Part shown: positions 28,851-38,279 of the stretch, in pieces
How the letters are laid out: each line of letters opens with the position of its first letter
Position numbering within the stretch: the stretch's first letter is position 1
Assembly: GCA_946544115.1 (NCBI GenBank)
Contig: CAMNLW010000004.1
Coordinates: 1 to 44,405 of the forward strand
Origin: an uncultured Verrucomicrobiota bacterium
GTDB lineage: Bacteria > Verrucomicrobiota > Kiritimatiellia > RFP12 > UBA1067
Length of the DNA: 44,405 bases
Direction of reading: 5' to 3'
Program-made: the position numbers and the translations under genes
Notes under the pieces: generated by a model
Told to the model about the DNA's origin: nothing
The model's input: the letters and a program-made list of their open reading frames with translations, nothing else
Database searches by the model: none

Positions 28851-29962
28851 AAAAAGCAGTGAAAATCGTATTCAAGACGATCTTTTGGATCGTTGTGGCT
28901 CTGGTGGCGGCGGTACTCGCCCTGCCTCTCTGGATAGGACCTGTCGCGAAGAGCGCGGCCAACGGGTCGGTTCCCAAGATGACAGGGACGGCGTTCAGGC
29001 TGGGCGACTTCGGGTTCAACTTCTACACAGGAAAGCTGCGCGTAGGCGATGTGACGCTCTACAATCCCGAGGGATACAAGCCTGAGGAGGCGTTCAAGCT
29101 CGGTTCGCTCAATGTCGAACTTGAAGTTCTTTCGACGCTTTCCGACACGATCGTCGTCAACGACATAACGATACGTGACGTATTCGTGTCGTATGTCAGC
29201 AAGGACGGCGTGAACAACTTCGATGCGATTCTCGAGAACGTGCAGAAGGCGACGGCCGGCGAACCCAAGGAGGAGACCGAACCCGTCAAGGAGGCCGAGG
29301 CGCCTGCCGCCAAGGAGGATAAGCCCAAAAAGAAGGTCATCATCGACCACCTGCTTATCGACGGCGTGACGGTTCAGTGGGGGCCGCTGCCGATCAAGCT
29401 GCCGACGAAGATCGAACTTACGGGAATCGGCCGCAAGTCGAACGGTGTCGACTGGAGCGAGGCCGCGACCGAGATATCCGACGCAATCATGAAGCAGTTG
29501 AACTCTCTTGGACAGGGACTCATGGATTTCAGCGGGGCCCTCAAGGACATGGGGCTGGACGGAGCGAACCAGATTCTTGACACGGTGAAGGATTTGGATG
29601 TGAAGGGTGCGACCGACGCCGTCGGCAATGCGGCGGGCGCGGCGATGGGCGCGGCGGGTTCTGCGCTCGGCTCTGCGAAGGACGGCGCCGGCGCGGCGTT
29701 CGGTTCTGTAACCAAGACGCTTGGTTCGGCGACCGAGGGCGCGGGTGACGCGGTTGGCTCGACCGCCGCGAGCGTCGGCAAGGCGGCGGGGTCCGTTGCG
29801 ACTGGTGCCGGCAAGGCGATCGGTTCGGCGGCTGACGGCGCGGGCAAGGCGCTCGGCGCGACGACCGACGCGGTGAAGTCCGGCGCAGGCGCGGCGATGG
29901 ATGTCACGACCGACGCGCTCAAGGGCGCCGGCAATGCGGTAAAGGGGCTTTTCGGCAAATAA
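28847..29962 (+). CDS. AsmA-like N-terminal domain protein with Ala/Gly-rich 11-mer repeat tail
   Basis: N-terminal TM anchor, NPEGY, NNFDAIL, KKVIIDHL; 11-residue repeats from about 29618. Confidence 0.7.
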   Translation: MKKAVKIVFKTIFWIVVALVAAVLALPLWIGPVAKSAANGSVPKMTGTAFRLGDFGFNFYTGKLRVGDVTLYNPEGYKPEEAFKLGSLNVELEVLSTLSDTIVVNDITIRDVFVSYVSKDGVNNFDAILENVQKATAGEPKEETEPVKEAEAPAAKEDKPKKKVIIDHLLIDGVTVQWGPLPIKLPTKIELTGIGRKSNGVDWSEAATEISDAIMKQLNSLGQGLMDFSGALKDMGLDGANQILDTVKDLDVKGATDAVGNAAGAAMGAAGSALGSAKDGAGAAFGSVTKTLGSATEGAGDAVGSTAASVGKAAGSVATGAGKAIGSAADGAGKALGATTDAVKSGAGAAMDVTTDALKGAGNAVKGLFGK

Positions 29963-30015
29963 GCCGCCGCGCGAGGCCGCGCAGTTTGATCTGAGGCAAG
30001 ACAACAGGAAAGAAA

Positions 30016-32484
30016 ATGGAAAAGAAAACAGCAACGAGGAAGAAAGACCGCCGCGTAGAGATGTCGGTGGAAGGGCTTAAAGAGGATTTTGCCTGGCACC
30101 TGCGCTATTCGCTGGCCAAGGACGAAACCAAGGCCACCCCGCGCGACCAGTACACGGCTTTCGCCAATGCGGTTCGCGACCGCATAGTCGAGCGCTGGAT
30201 CAACACTCAGGAGGAGTACCACCGCCAGAACACCAAGCGCGTGTACTATCTGTCGCTTGAGTTTCTTATCGGGCGCCTCCTCGGCAACAACGTCATCAAC
30301 CTCAAGGCCGACCAGCTCTGCCGCGACGCGCTCAAGGAATACGGCATAGACTGGAACAGCCTGCGCGACTACGAGAGCGATGCGGGTCTCGGCAACGGCG
30401 GCCTCGGGCGGCTTGCGGCGTGCTACCTCGATTCTATGTCGACGCTTGACCTTGCCGGTATGGGATACGGCCTCAGGTACGACTACGGCATCTTCCGCCA
30501 GAAGATAGTGAACGGCAGCCAGGTCGAAGAGCCCGACCACTGGCTCAAGGACGGCTATCCGTGGGAGATGGCGCGTCCCGAATACGTGCAGACCGTGCAT
30601 TTCGGCGGACATGTCGAGTGCGCGACCATCAAGGGCCGCCAGCAGTGGCGCTGGGTCGCGGCGGAGACGGTCGAGGGCGTTCCCTACGACCTGCCGATCG
30701 TCGGCTACAACAACGCGGTGAACTCGCTCAGACTGTGGTCCGCCAAGGCCGTCGACGAGTTTGACCTTGCGGACTTCAACAAGGGGTCGTACGTCGAGGC
30801 CGTGGAGACCAAGGTTCTCGCCGAGAACCTCACAAAGGTGCTCTATCCGAATGACAACACGATGGCCGGCAAGGAACTGCGCCTCAGGCAGCAGTACTTC
30901 TTCGTGGCGTGCTCGCTCAAGGATATCCTGCGCCGCTACCGCGAGACGAACGACGGCTGGGACGCGCTTCCCGACAAGGTGTTCATCCATCTCAACGAGA
31001 CGCATCCCGCGCTGGTCGTGCCCGAACTCATGCGCATCCTCATCGACAAGGAGGGTCTTGACTGGGACAAGGCGTGGGATCTCACCCGCCGCTCGACGGG
31101 CTACACAAACCACACGATCCTCCCCGAGGCGCTCGAGAAGTGGCCCGTGCCGATGATGGAGCGGCTGCTGCCGCGCCATCTGCAGATCATCTACGAGATC
31201 AACGGCCGCTTCCTCCAGCAGATAAGCGCGCTCTATCCCGGCGACATACGCCGCCTGCAGAGGATGTCGCTCATCGACGAGTCGGGCGAGCGCTATGTGC
31301 GCATGGCCAACATGTGCCTCGTGTCGACGTCTTCGGTGAACGGCGTCGCCGAGCTGCATTCGCAGATCTTGAAAGACAGTCTCTTCAAGGACTTTTACGA
31401 GCTCTTCCCCGAGCGCTTCCACAACGTGACGAACGGCATCACGCCGCGCCGCTGGCTTCTCAAGGCGAACCCGTCGCTTGCCCAGCTCATCACGGAGTCT
31501 ATCGGCGACAGCTGGATAACCCGTCTCGACCAGCTCAAGAAGCTCGAAAAGTTCGGCGGCGACGCGAAGTTCCTCGATGCGCTCGCCAAGATCAAGCGCA
31601 GCAACAAGGGCCAGCTTTCCAACTGGGTCAAGCGGAATCTCGGCGTCGAGCTCGATCCCGACGCGATATTCGACGTGCAGGTGAAGCGCCTCCACGAGTA
31701 CAAGCGCCAGCTCCTGCTCGCGCTCTACATCATAATCTTCTACAACCGGCTCATCGCCGACCCGGCCTACGACCCCGTGCCGAGGAGCTTCATCTTCGCG
31801 GCCAAGGCCGCGCCTGGCTATTACATGGCGAAGCTCATCATCCGTCTCATCCACGGCATCGCGGGCGTTGTTAACTCCAACCCGAAGACGCGCGGGAAGC
31901 TCTCCGTCGCGTTCCTGCCCGACTACCGCGTCTCGCTCGCCGAGAAGATCATGCCCGCCGCCGAAGTGTCGGAGCAGATCTCGCTCGCCGGCATGGAGGC
32001 GAGCGGAACAGGCAACATGAAGTTCATGATGAACGGCGCGCTCACGCTCGGCACATACGACGGCGCGAACGTTGAGATCAACCAGGAGGTCGGCGACGGC
32101 AACATGTTCCTCTTCGGCATGAGGACCGAGGAGGTCGCCGCGCGCCGTCCTTCCTACGTCTCGCGCGACATATACAGGAACGACCCCGAGATTCGCGAGG
32201 CGCTCGACATGATCAAGGCGAACGTATTCTCGCTTCTCGAGCCCGGGCTCTTCGACCCGATCCTGCGCAGCCTTCTCGACTACAACGACTATTACATGCT
32301 TCTCGCGGATCTGCGCAGCTACATGGAGGCGCAGGACCGCGTGGACGCTACGTATCGCGACGTGAGGAAGTGGAACAGGATGTCGCTCGTCAACATTGCG
32401 AGGTCCGGCAGGTTCTCCTCCGACCGCGCTGTTCTGGAGTATGCGCGCGACATCTGGCACATCGACCCGGTGAAGTTCTCGTAA
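30016..32484 (+). CDS. glgP: Glycogen/starch phosphorylase
   Basis: YYLSLEFLIGR, DAGLGNGGLGRLAAC, VLYPND, YTNHT, VKRLHEYKRQ, EASGTGNMKF (PLP lysine). Confidence 0.97.
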   Translation: MEKKTATRKKDRRVEMSVEGLKEDFAWHLRYSLAKDETKATPRDQYTAFANAVRDRIVERWINTQEEYHRQNTKRVYYLSLEFLIGRLLGNNVINLKADQLCRDALKEYGIDWNSLRDYESDAGLGNGGLGRLAACYLDSMSTLDLAGMGYGLRYDYGIFRQKIVNGSQVEEPDHWLKDGYPWEMARPEYVQTVHFGGHVECATIKGRQQWRWVAAETVEGVPYDLPIVGYNNAVNSLRLWSAKAVDEFDLADFNKGSYVEAVETKVLAENLTKVLYPNDNTMAGKELRLRQQYFFVACSLKDILRRYRETNDGWDALPDKVFIHLNETHPALVVPELMRILIDKEGLDWDKAWDLTRRSTGYTNHTILPEALEKWPVPMMERLLPRHLQIIYEINGRFLQQISALYPGDIRRLQRMSLIDESGERYVRMANMCLVSTSSVNGVAELHSQILKDSLFKDFYELFPERFHNVTNGITPRRWLLKANPSLAQLITESIGDSWITRLDQLKKLEKFGGDAKFLDALAKIKRSNKGQLSNWVKRNLGVELDPDAIFDVQVKRLHEYKRQLLLALYIIIFYNRLIADPAYDPVPRSFIFAAKAAPGYYMAKLIIRLIHGIAGVVNSNPKTRGKLSVAFLPDYRVSLAEKIMPAAEVSEQISLAGMEASGTGNMKFMMNGALTLGTYDGANVEINQEVGDGNMFLFGMRTEEVAARRPSYVSRDIYRNDPEIREALDMIKANVFSLLEPGLFDPILRSLLDYNDYYMLLADLRSYMEAQDRVDATYRDVRKWNRMSLVNIARSGRFSSDRAVLEYARDIWHIDPVKFS

Positions 32485-32493
32485 GCGAAGGCC

Positions 32494-33357
32494 ATGGCCG
32501 AGAAGGACAGTTCCGGTTACTACATCCGAGGCGAGGACGGCAAAGCGTTCGGCCCTGTGGAGCTCGCGACGCTCGTCGAATGGGCGGGCGATTCGCGGGT
32601 AGGGCCGACGTCGAGCGTATCCAGAGATCAGACGAACTGGATTGCCGCCCCGCTTGTGCCGGAACTCGGCATGACGTGGCTCGTCGAGGCCGAACAGGGC
32701 GTTTTCTACGGTCCGTTCAACCGGCGTGTCGTCGACGGGCTTCTCGAGTCTGGGGCTGTCGCGAGCGACACGCGCCTTTATGAACTGAGCGGCGGCGGAA
32801 GCGCGGCAGAGCAGGCGAAGCTCAAGGCCGAGCTGGACGCGAAGACCGCGTCGCTTGCCGACCTTGAGGCGCGCGTCGCTGCGCAGGCCGAGACCACCAG
32901 AAATACAATCGCGTTCATGGAGTCCAAAATCGCCGAGCTTACCGATGCGCAGGCGAGCGCCGAGAAAGCGGCCGCCGCCGGCCGCGAGGCGATGAAAGCC
33001 GAAGTCTTCCGCACGCGCGAGAGGGCCGAGGCCGCCGAAGAGCGCGCCGCGAAAGCCGAGGCCGAGCGCGACGCCGCTTTCAAGAAGGCGGGAGTCCTTG
33101 AGACGGAGCTGGCGGACCTGAGGTCGCAACTGGAGGCGGTTACAAGGTTTTCGGCGCTCGCCAAGAGCGGCGGCCAGGAGGTCGTCCAGCCGGAGGTGGT
33201 CGTGTCGGATGCGCCGCCGCCGAAGACCGAGCCTCGCTTTGCCGGCGCGAGCGGTGCGGCGGGACTGGCGGCTCTCGAGGCGGCTGCGCGCCGCGAACTC
33301 GCCAGCGCCAAGAAGCAGGGTATTTCTCTAGGCGGAATCTTCGGAGGCAAGAAGTGA
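32494..33357 (+). CDS. Tandem GYF_2 (DUF4339)-like domains plus coiled coil
   Basis: YYIR..DG..FGP...L.EW...RV...W and a second YGPF module; heptad-rich middle; tail GISLGGIFGGKK. Confidence 0.7.
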   Translation: MAEKDSSGYYIRGEDGKAFGPVELATLVEWAGDSRVGPTSSVSRDQTNWIAAPLVPELGMTWLVEAEQGVFYGPFNRRVVDGLLESGAVASDTRLYELSGGGSAAEQAKLKAELDAKTASLADLEARVAAQAETTRNTIAFMESKIAELTDAQASAEKAAAAGREAMKAEVFRTRERAEAAEERAAKAEAERDAAFKKAGVLETELADLRSQLEAVTRFSALAKSGGQEVVQPEVVVSDAPPPKTEPRFAGASGAAGLAALEAAARRELASAKKQGISLGGIFGGKK

Positions 33358-34652
33358 GCGACAACGAGGCCAAATGGTTCCTGCGCACGCAGGACGAGAC
33401 GTTCGGACCGGAGTCTGAGGAGAAGCTTATCGCATGGGCCAAGATGGGCCGCATCCAGCCCGGCCAGGAGCTGTCGGACGACAATGTCGTCTGGCGGCGC
33501 GTAGAGGATGTGCCTTTCCTCGACATGCGCTACTCCATAGATCTGGGCGACGGTAATCCGAGAGGCCCGTTCCATAAGGCTGCCGCAGAGGCGCTTCTGG
33601 CATCGGGGCGCCTTCCCAGAACGGCGACGATAGTGGAGGTCCGCGCGCCGTTTGAAGAAGAGCCTGCGGCTGCCGAGCCTTCGCAGGCGGCGGCGCAGGA
33701 ACCTGTCGTGCAGGAGCAGGAGCCTGTTGCGCAGGAGTCCGCAAAGCAGAATCCGGTCGCGCCGAAGGTGATCGTGCAGGAGAAGGTCGTCGTTAAGGAG
33801 GTCCGCGTAGAGGTTCCAGTAGAAAAGGTTGTCGTCAAGGAAGTTCGCGTGGAGGTTCCGGTAGAGGTTGAAAAGATCGTCGTCGACGAGACGCGCGTTA
33901 AAGAGCTTGAGGCGCAGGTCTCTGCCGGTGAACAGCGTCTGGCGGATGCGAAGCGCGAGGCCGACAAGCTCAAGGAGCAGGTGACGACGCTCGAGGACGA
34001 GCTTCGCCGTCTGCCGCAGGCGGCGAGCGAGGTGGCCGACATACAGGCCGCCATGTTCTCGGCAATGACGAGCGAGGCCGAAGAACTCCAGAAGATGCTG
34101 GAGGAGGAAAAGCGCGAGGCGGACGAATTCCGCAAGCGCCACCAGGACCGTGCCGACAGGCTTCTCGAGCGCCGCCGCAACCTGCTGAAGCGCGCCGGCT
34201 CGAACATCGAGGAGATGACGCGCAAGGCTCTTATCGAGCGCCCGGAGGACCCGAGAACGGCGCAGTACCGCAAGGAGCTGGAAGAGCTCCGGCGCGTGAG
34301 CGAACGCAAGGCGTTCGAATATGAAGACCGCATCCGCGGGCTAACCGAGAAACTCAAGGTCAGGGAAACCGAGATTGCGCGCGCGACAGCCGGCATGAAG
34401 GATTTGACCCAGTTGCAGGCCGAGGCCCAGACCCTCAGGGAACAGCTGCAGCTGAGGGAGAAGGAGCTTGTCGCCGAGCGGCAGAAGAGCGAGGAGATGC
34501 GCCAGCAGCAGGCGTTCGCCCAGCAGGCTATGATGGCGCGGCTGGCCTCGCTGGAATCGCCGTCGATCGGCACGGCGCAGTCGCTTTCAACCAACCAGAG
34601 CCGCGAAGCGAAGATGGTCAAGCTTCCCCGCTGGATGACTATCGGCAGATGA
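33354..34652 (+). CDS. Tandem GYF_2-like domains, V/E/K/P repeats and long coiled coil
   Basis: WFLR...TFGP...L..W...GRI...W and RGPF modules; EKVVVKEVRVEVPV twice; long E/K/R/Q helix. Confidence 0.7.
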   Translation: MSDNEAKWFLRTQDETFGPESEEKLIAWAKMGRIQPGQELSDDNVVWRRVEDVPFLDMRYSIDLGDGNPRGPFHKAAAEALLASGRLPRTATIVEVRAPFEEEPAAAEPSQAAAQEPVVQEQEPVAQESAKQNPVAPKVIVQEKVVVKEVRVEVPVEKVVVKEVRVEVPVEVEKIVVDETRVKELEAQVSAGEQRLADAKREADKLKEQVTTLEDELRRLPQAASEVADIQAAMFSAMTSEAEELQKMLEEEKREADEFRKRHQDRADRLLERRRNLLKRAGSNIEEMTRKALIERPEDPRTAQYRKELEELRRVSERKAFEYEDRIRGLTEKLKVRETEIARATAGMKDLTQLQAEAQTLREQLQLREKELVAERQKSEEMRQQQAFAQQAMMARLASLESPSIGTAQSLSTNQSREAKMVKLPRWMTIGR

Positions 34653-36226
34653 ACGCGGCGGTCTGCATAGTTCTGGCGGTGTTGTCGATCTGGGACTACC
34701 CGGCGCGCCAGCCTGTCCACGACAGGCTGCGCCAGCAGTTCGTCGTGGCCGCCCGCGAAGGTGATACGGAAACGATGATAGAGACCTGCCGCAAGGGGGT
34801 GAAGCTCCTGCCCGACGATCCCACGTGGCACTACAACCTCGCCTGCTCTCTCGCGTACATGAAGCGCCCCGGCGAGAGCCTCGACGAACTCGAGAAGGCG
34901 ATAGACCTCGGCTTCCGCGAACCGGGCGTGATAGCGAACGATACCGATCTCAAGCGGATATCGGGCGAGCGGCGCTTCAGGGAGCTCGTGGAGTATGCGC
35001 GCGAGATGCGCACGCGGCCGATGATATCAGGTCCGCTCGCAAGCGTTGACGCGACAGGCGTTTTCGGGCGGTCGATAGCTCTCGGGGCGCAGAACTTCGG
35101 CTGGGACTTCGACTTCGGCTGCTTTGTCGCAAAGCTCAAGCTGGCGAAGGAAGGCACTGGCGGGAACATCGGCGACCTCTACATGAACCGGGACCATTTC
35201 CATTCGCCGAACGGACGCGAATCGCTCGATGCGTTTCTGGCGTCCTACCCGGGTCTTACCAATGTGACGCTCGACCGCGAGGGGCGCGAGCGCGGCGCAG
35301 ATCTCGACTTTCCGAATATAATCTTCCCCTACCCCGTTTTCGGCAACTGCTCGCGCGCGCGGGTCGGCGACGCGTTCTGGCGGTCGCTCCCGCGCTCGAT
35401 GGTGACGAGCGACGCATTCCGGCTCAAGACGATGGCGAGGCTCTGGCTTTCGAACCAGACGTGGGTGTTCCCCGCCAATGCCGACACCTCGCCTGTCGGG
35501 ACAAACGGCGACGTGTTCGCGTCCGTAACGCCATACTGGCTTGTGACGGCCGGGCGCAGCTGGAGCGACCTCTACTATCTGAGGGCTGCGCTTGAAGCAA
35601 GCCGCTCGCTCAAGGTCGAAACCAAGCAGGAGGCGGTGAAGAAAGGTCTGCTCGCGCCGACGATACAGACACTTATAAGAAAGTCGCTTGTCGGCGTCAC
35701 GAACGAGGTGTGCTATCTTACCGCCAGGGCGCACCCCACGGCGCTGCCGCCGAACGGACTCGACCTGAACCGGCTAAAGGCGCTGGCGGCGACGCTTCGC
35801 CCCGAGGAGATTCCGCCGCTTGCGGTCATCGCGGTGAAACCGCGCCCCGTGGCGGAGCCGCCCGTGTGGCCAGAGCTTACGTATGCGACGGCGTTCGCGT
35901 GGGCCTATGTGCTGCGTGCCGGCGAGACCGAGCGTTCCTTCACGGTGACGGCGAAGGGATCGGACGACTTCGCCTTCGCGGTGGTGCACGACGACCTTGG
36001 CGCGGCGAGGGTGGAGAGACTTTCGCACGAGACCGCGCTCATAACGCTCGACAAGAGCAAAATGTCGCCGACGAACCGCGTCGACGTGGCGGTGTTCGGC
36101 AAAGGCCGAGCCACTGCGCATGGTGCGCCGAGCTACATATCGTTTGCTGTGGTGGACGCGTCCGCGCCATATTCCGACCCTGTCCTCACGCCTTTGGACC
36201 AGCCGCCCGCGGAAGATTCCAAGTGA
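34649..36226 (+). CDS. Secreted TPR-containing hypothetical protein
   Basis: WHYNLACSLA...LEKAIDLGF...DTDL TPR-like motif followed by an unknown domain. Confidence 0.7.
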   Translation: MNAAVCIVLAVLSIWDYPARQPVHDRLRQQFVVAAREGDTETMIETCRKGVKLLPDDPTWHYNLACSLAYMKRPGESLDELEKAIDLGFREPGVIANDTDLKRISGERRFRELVEYAREMRTRPMISGPLASVDATGVFGRSIALGAQNFGWDFDFGCFVAKLKLAKEGTGGNIGDLYMNRDHFHSPNGRESLDAFLASYPGLTNVTLDREGRERGADLDFPNIIFPYPVFGNCSRARVGDAFWRSLPRSMVTSDAFRLKTMARLWLSNQTWVFPANADTSPVGTNGDVFASVTPYWLVTAGRSWSDLYYLRAALEASRSLKVETKQEAVKKGLLAPTIQTLIRKSLVGVTNEVCYLTARAHPTALPPNGLDLNRLKALAATLRPEEIPPLAVIAVKPRPVAEPPVWPELTYATAFAWAYVLRAGETERSFTVTAKGSDDFAFAVVHDDLGAARVERLSHETALITLDKSKMSPTNRVDVAVFGKGRATAHGAPSYISFAVVDASAPYSDPVLTPLDQPPAEDSK

Positions 36227-36486
36227 AACGCCCCGGGCGGAATATGCAAGAGGAGTGCGCAATAATATTATGGGACTTGTGAAGACCAGACGACTGGCTC
36301 GGCACTCGCTTCGCTCGGCGTGTTCGCTTCCCCAAGGGTCGCGAACCCCCGCAAGGGGCGGTTACGCGATGCAGAAGCAGCAGAATGCAAAGGCGGGGAA
36401 GAAGGCGCCGTTGCCGAATAGCCGTCAGCCCAAGTGGATATTGGAGCCGTCGAAGTTGATGGAGATGGCGATGGGCGAGTGCCGCG

Positions 36487-36495
36487 TGGTATAAT
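36487..36495 (+). promoter_or_regulatory. Extended -10 promoter
   Basis: TGGTATAAT, then GGAG SD and ATG 36514. Confidence 0.7.
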
Positions 36496-36513
36496 TTGAG
36501 CAGAGATGGAGAA

Positions 36514-38031
36514 ATGAAACGAGAAGAGAACCAGACTGTCGAGTACAAGGAGTCCTGGCACGAGAAGTACCTTGAGTGGATCTGCGGATACGCGAACGCG
36601 ATAGGCGGGACGCTGTACGTCGGCATCGAGGACGAGTCAAAGAAGCCCGTCGGCGTCAGGAACCCCAACAAGCTGATGGAGGATATCCCCAACTCCATAC
36701 GCAACACAATGGGCATTGTGGCCGATGTCGCTTTGCTGAAAAAGCAAGGCAAGGACGTTATACGTATTAAGGTTGCGGCAAGCGCCTTTCCCGTCAGCTA
36801 TCAGGGGCGCTTCTACTATCGGACGGGATCAGTCAAAATGCTGCTGACAGGGCCGGCATTGACGCAGTTCCTGATGGAGCGATCCGGACGGGAATGGGAC
36901 TGCGTCTCGTGCTTCGGGGGATACCGGGCGACCGACTTTACCTTCATTGCGCTCAAGAACCTCTATCAAAAGGTGAACGGTGCAAAGATGAACAAGGTGG
37001 ATTTTCTATCATTCGGACTCGTCACGGAGACGGGCGTGATGACAAATACCGGTGCACTGCTGGCTGACGAATCGCCGATACGCCATTCTCGCGTGTTCTG
37101 CACGCGCTGGAACGGGCTCGACATGACTGCGGGCGTAATGGATGCCGCCGACGATCAGGAGTACAGCGGAGGGCTTCTCCAACTGTTAAAATACGCCGAG
37201 GACTTTGTTCGCCTTCACTCCCGTCGAGCGTGGCACAAACGACCGACAGACCGTGTGAACTTCCGCGAGTATCCCGAACGCTCGGTTCAGGAGATGCTCA
37301 TCAACGGACTCGTTCACCGCGACTACCTTGATACAGGCAGTGAAGTCCATGTTGATATCTTCGACGACCGAATGGAAATCACGTCCCCAGGCGGCATGCC
37401 GGGCGACCGCAAGGTTCAGGACTATCCGAACATTCGTCGGATTCCGTCGCGTCGCCGCAATAAGTGCCTTGCGGATATGTTTGAACGGCTCGATCTCATG
37501 GAGCGCAAGGGCAGCGGGTTCAAGAAGCTCTACGAGGACTACGAGAAATTGTCAGTCAACCTCGGGAAACGGATACCGATTCTTGAATCCGAGAGCGACT
37601 ACTTTCGCGTTACGCTGCCGAATCTTCTCTATGGATTTACAGACGGGCAGCTCGTCGCAGCCGTCGACAACTCGTCATACGGGATGCCGAAGAGCGAGTC
37701 GCAATCACTCGCGACCCACCATGATACCCCACCAGTCACCCCACCAGTTACCCCACCAGTCACCCTGCCAGTTGACGAAAAGCAGAAAAGGCTTCTGCAG
37801 GCTCTCAAGAACTCGGAGCTTGGTACGGCTGAACTGCTGGAGGCACTGCATATCCGTGACCGAAATTATTTCCGTGAGGGATATATTCGTCCGACACTAA
37901 GGGCCGGTCTTATTGAGCAGACCAAGCCGGAAGTTAAGCATTCTAGGTTTCAGAAGTACCGGCTGACGGACAAAGGCCGTGCCGCACTGTCGGCAAGTGA
38001 ACATATAAGAAAGGACAAAAATCATATTTGA
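36514..38031 (+). CDS. AlbA_2 (Schlafen-like) + HATPase_c_4 + winged-helix protein ('ATP-binding/RecG-like')
   Basis: ENQTVEYKESW, ICGYANAIGGTLYVGIED, EMLINGLVHRDY, DRMEITSPGG, ERKGSG, C-terminal SRFQKYRLT. Confidence 0.85.
   Translation: MKREENQTVEYKESWHEKYLEWICGYANAIGGTLYVGIEDESKKPVGVRNPNKLMEDIPNSIRNTMGIVADVALLKKQGKDVIRIKVAASAFPVSYQGRFYYRTGSVKMLLTGPALTQFLMERSGREWDCVSCFGGYRATDFTFIALKNLYQKVNGAKMNKVDFLSFGLVTETGVMTNTGALLADESPIRHSRVFCTRWNGLDMTAGVMDAADDQEYSGGLLQLLKYAEDFVRLHSRRAWHKRPTDRVNFREYPERSVQEMLINGLVHRDYLDTGSEVHVDIFDDRMEITSPGGMPGDRKVQDYPNIRRIPSRRRNKCLADMFERLDLMERKGSGFKKLYEDYEKLSVNLGKRIPILESESDYFRVTLPNLLYGFTDGQLVAAVDNSSYGMPKSESQSLATHHDTPPVTPPVTPPVTLPVDEKQKRLLQALKNSELGTAELLEALHIRDRNYFREGYIRPTLRAGLIEQTKPEVKHSRFQKYRLTDKGRAALSASEHIRKDKNHI
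37726..37773 (+). repeat. 4 x 12-bp in-frame repeat (TPPV linker)
   Basis: ACCCCACCAGTC ACCCCACCAGTT ACCCCACCAGTC ACCCTGCCAGTT. Confidence 0.85.
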
Positions 38032-38185
38032 CAGCACCGACAACATGGCGCGGGTCGAGCGTGAGATCGAGAAGAGGACGGAGGCAGACTACGAGTAGTT
38101 TTAAGACACATGATTAACAGAATTATGAGTATCTAAAACAAACGCCACAGCAGTTTCAATAAACAACTAAACAAGGAGAAGAACA

Positions 38186-38269
38186 ATGTCATTCAATGAA
38201 CTGGCGAGGAAACGCTATTCGTGCCGCAAACTGGCGGCGAAACCCGTCGAACTCGTGGCGACCATCTAA
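38186..38269 (+). pseudogene. Truncated nitroreductase N-terminal fragment (27 aa)
   Basis: AAGGAG SD, then MSFNELARKRYSCRKLAAKPVELVATI-stop; R.S.R..KPV is the nitroreductase FMN-binding start. Confidence 0.7.
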
Positions 38270-38279
38270 TAGAAGAACC

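Noticed and set aside
9405-30708. Other IVGY-encoding stretches (membrane protein near 9405, glgP near 30697) as further recombination sites
   Set aside because: Different codons (ATCGTCGGATAC, ATCGTCGGCTAC), lack the TTATTGTCGGGTA core, and lie inside intact genes
29374-33129. Long minus-strand ORFs (1251 aa here; also 13904-15973, 25020-26723 and similar)
   Set aside because: Antisense shadows of well-supported + strand genes in GC-rich DNA; no motifs
38045-38098. Tiny ORF MARVEREIEKRTEADYE
   Set aside because: Too short and no SD; at most a gene remnant that cannot be assigned
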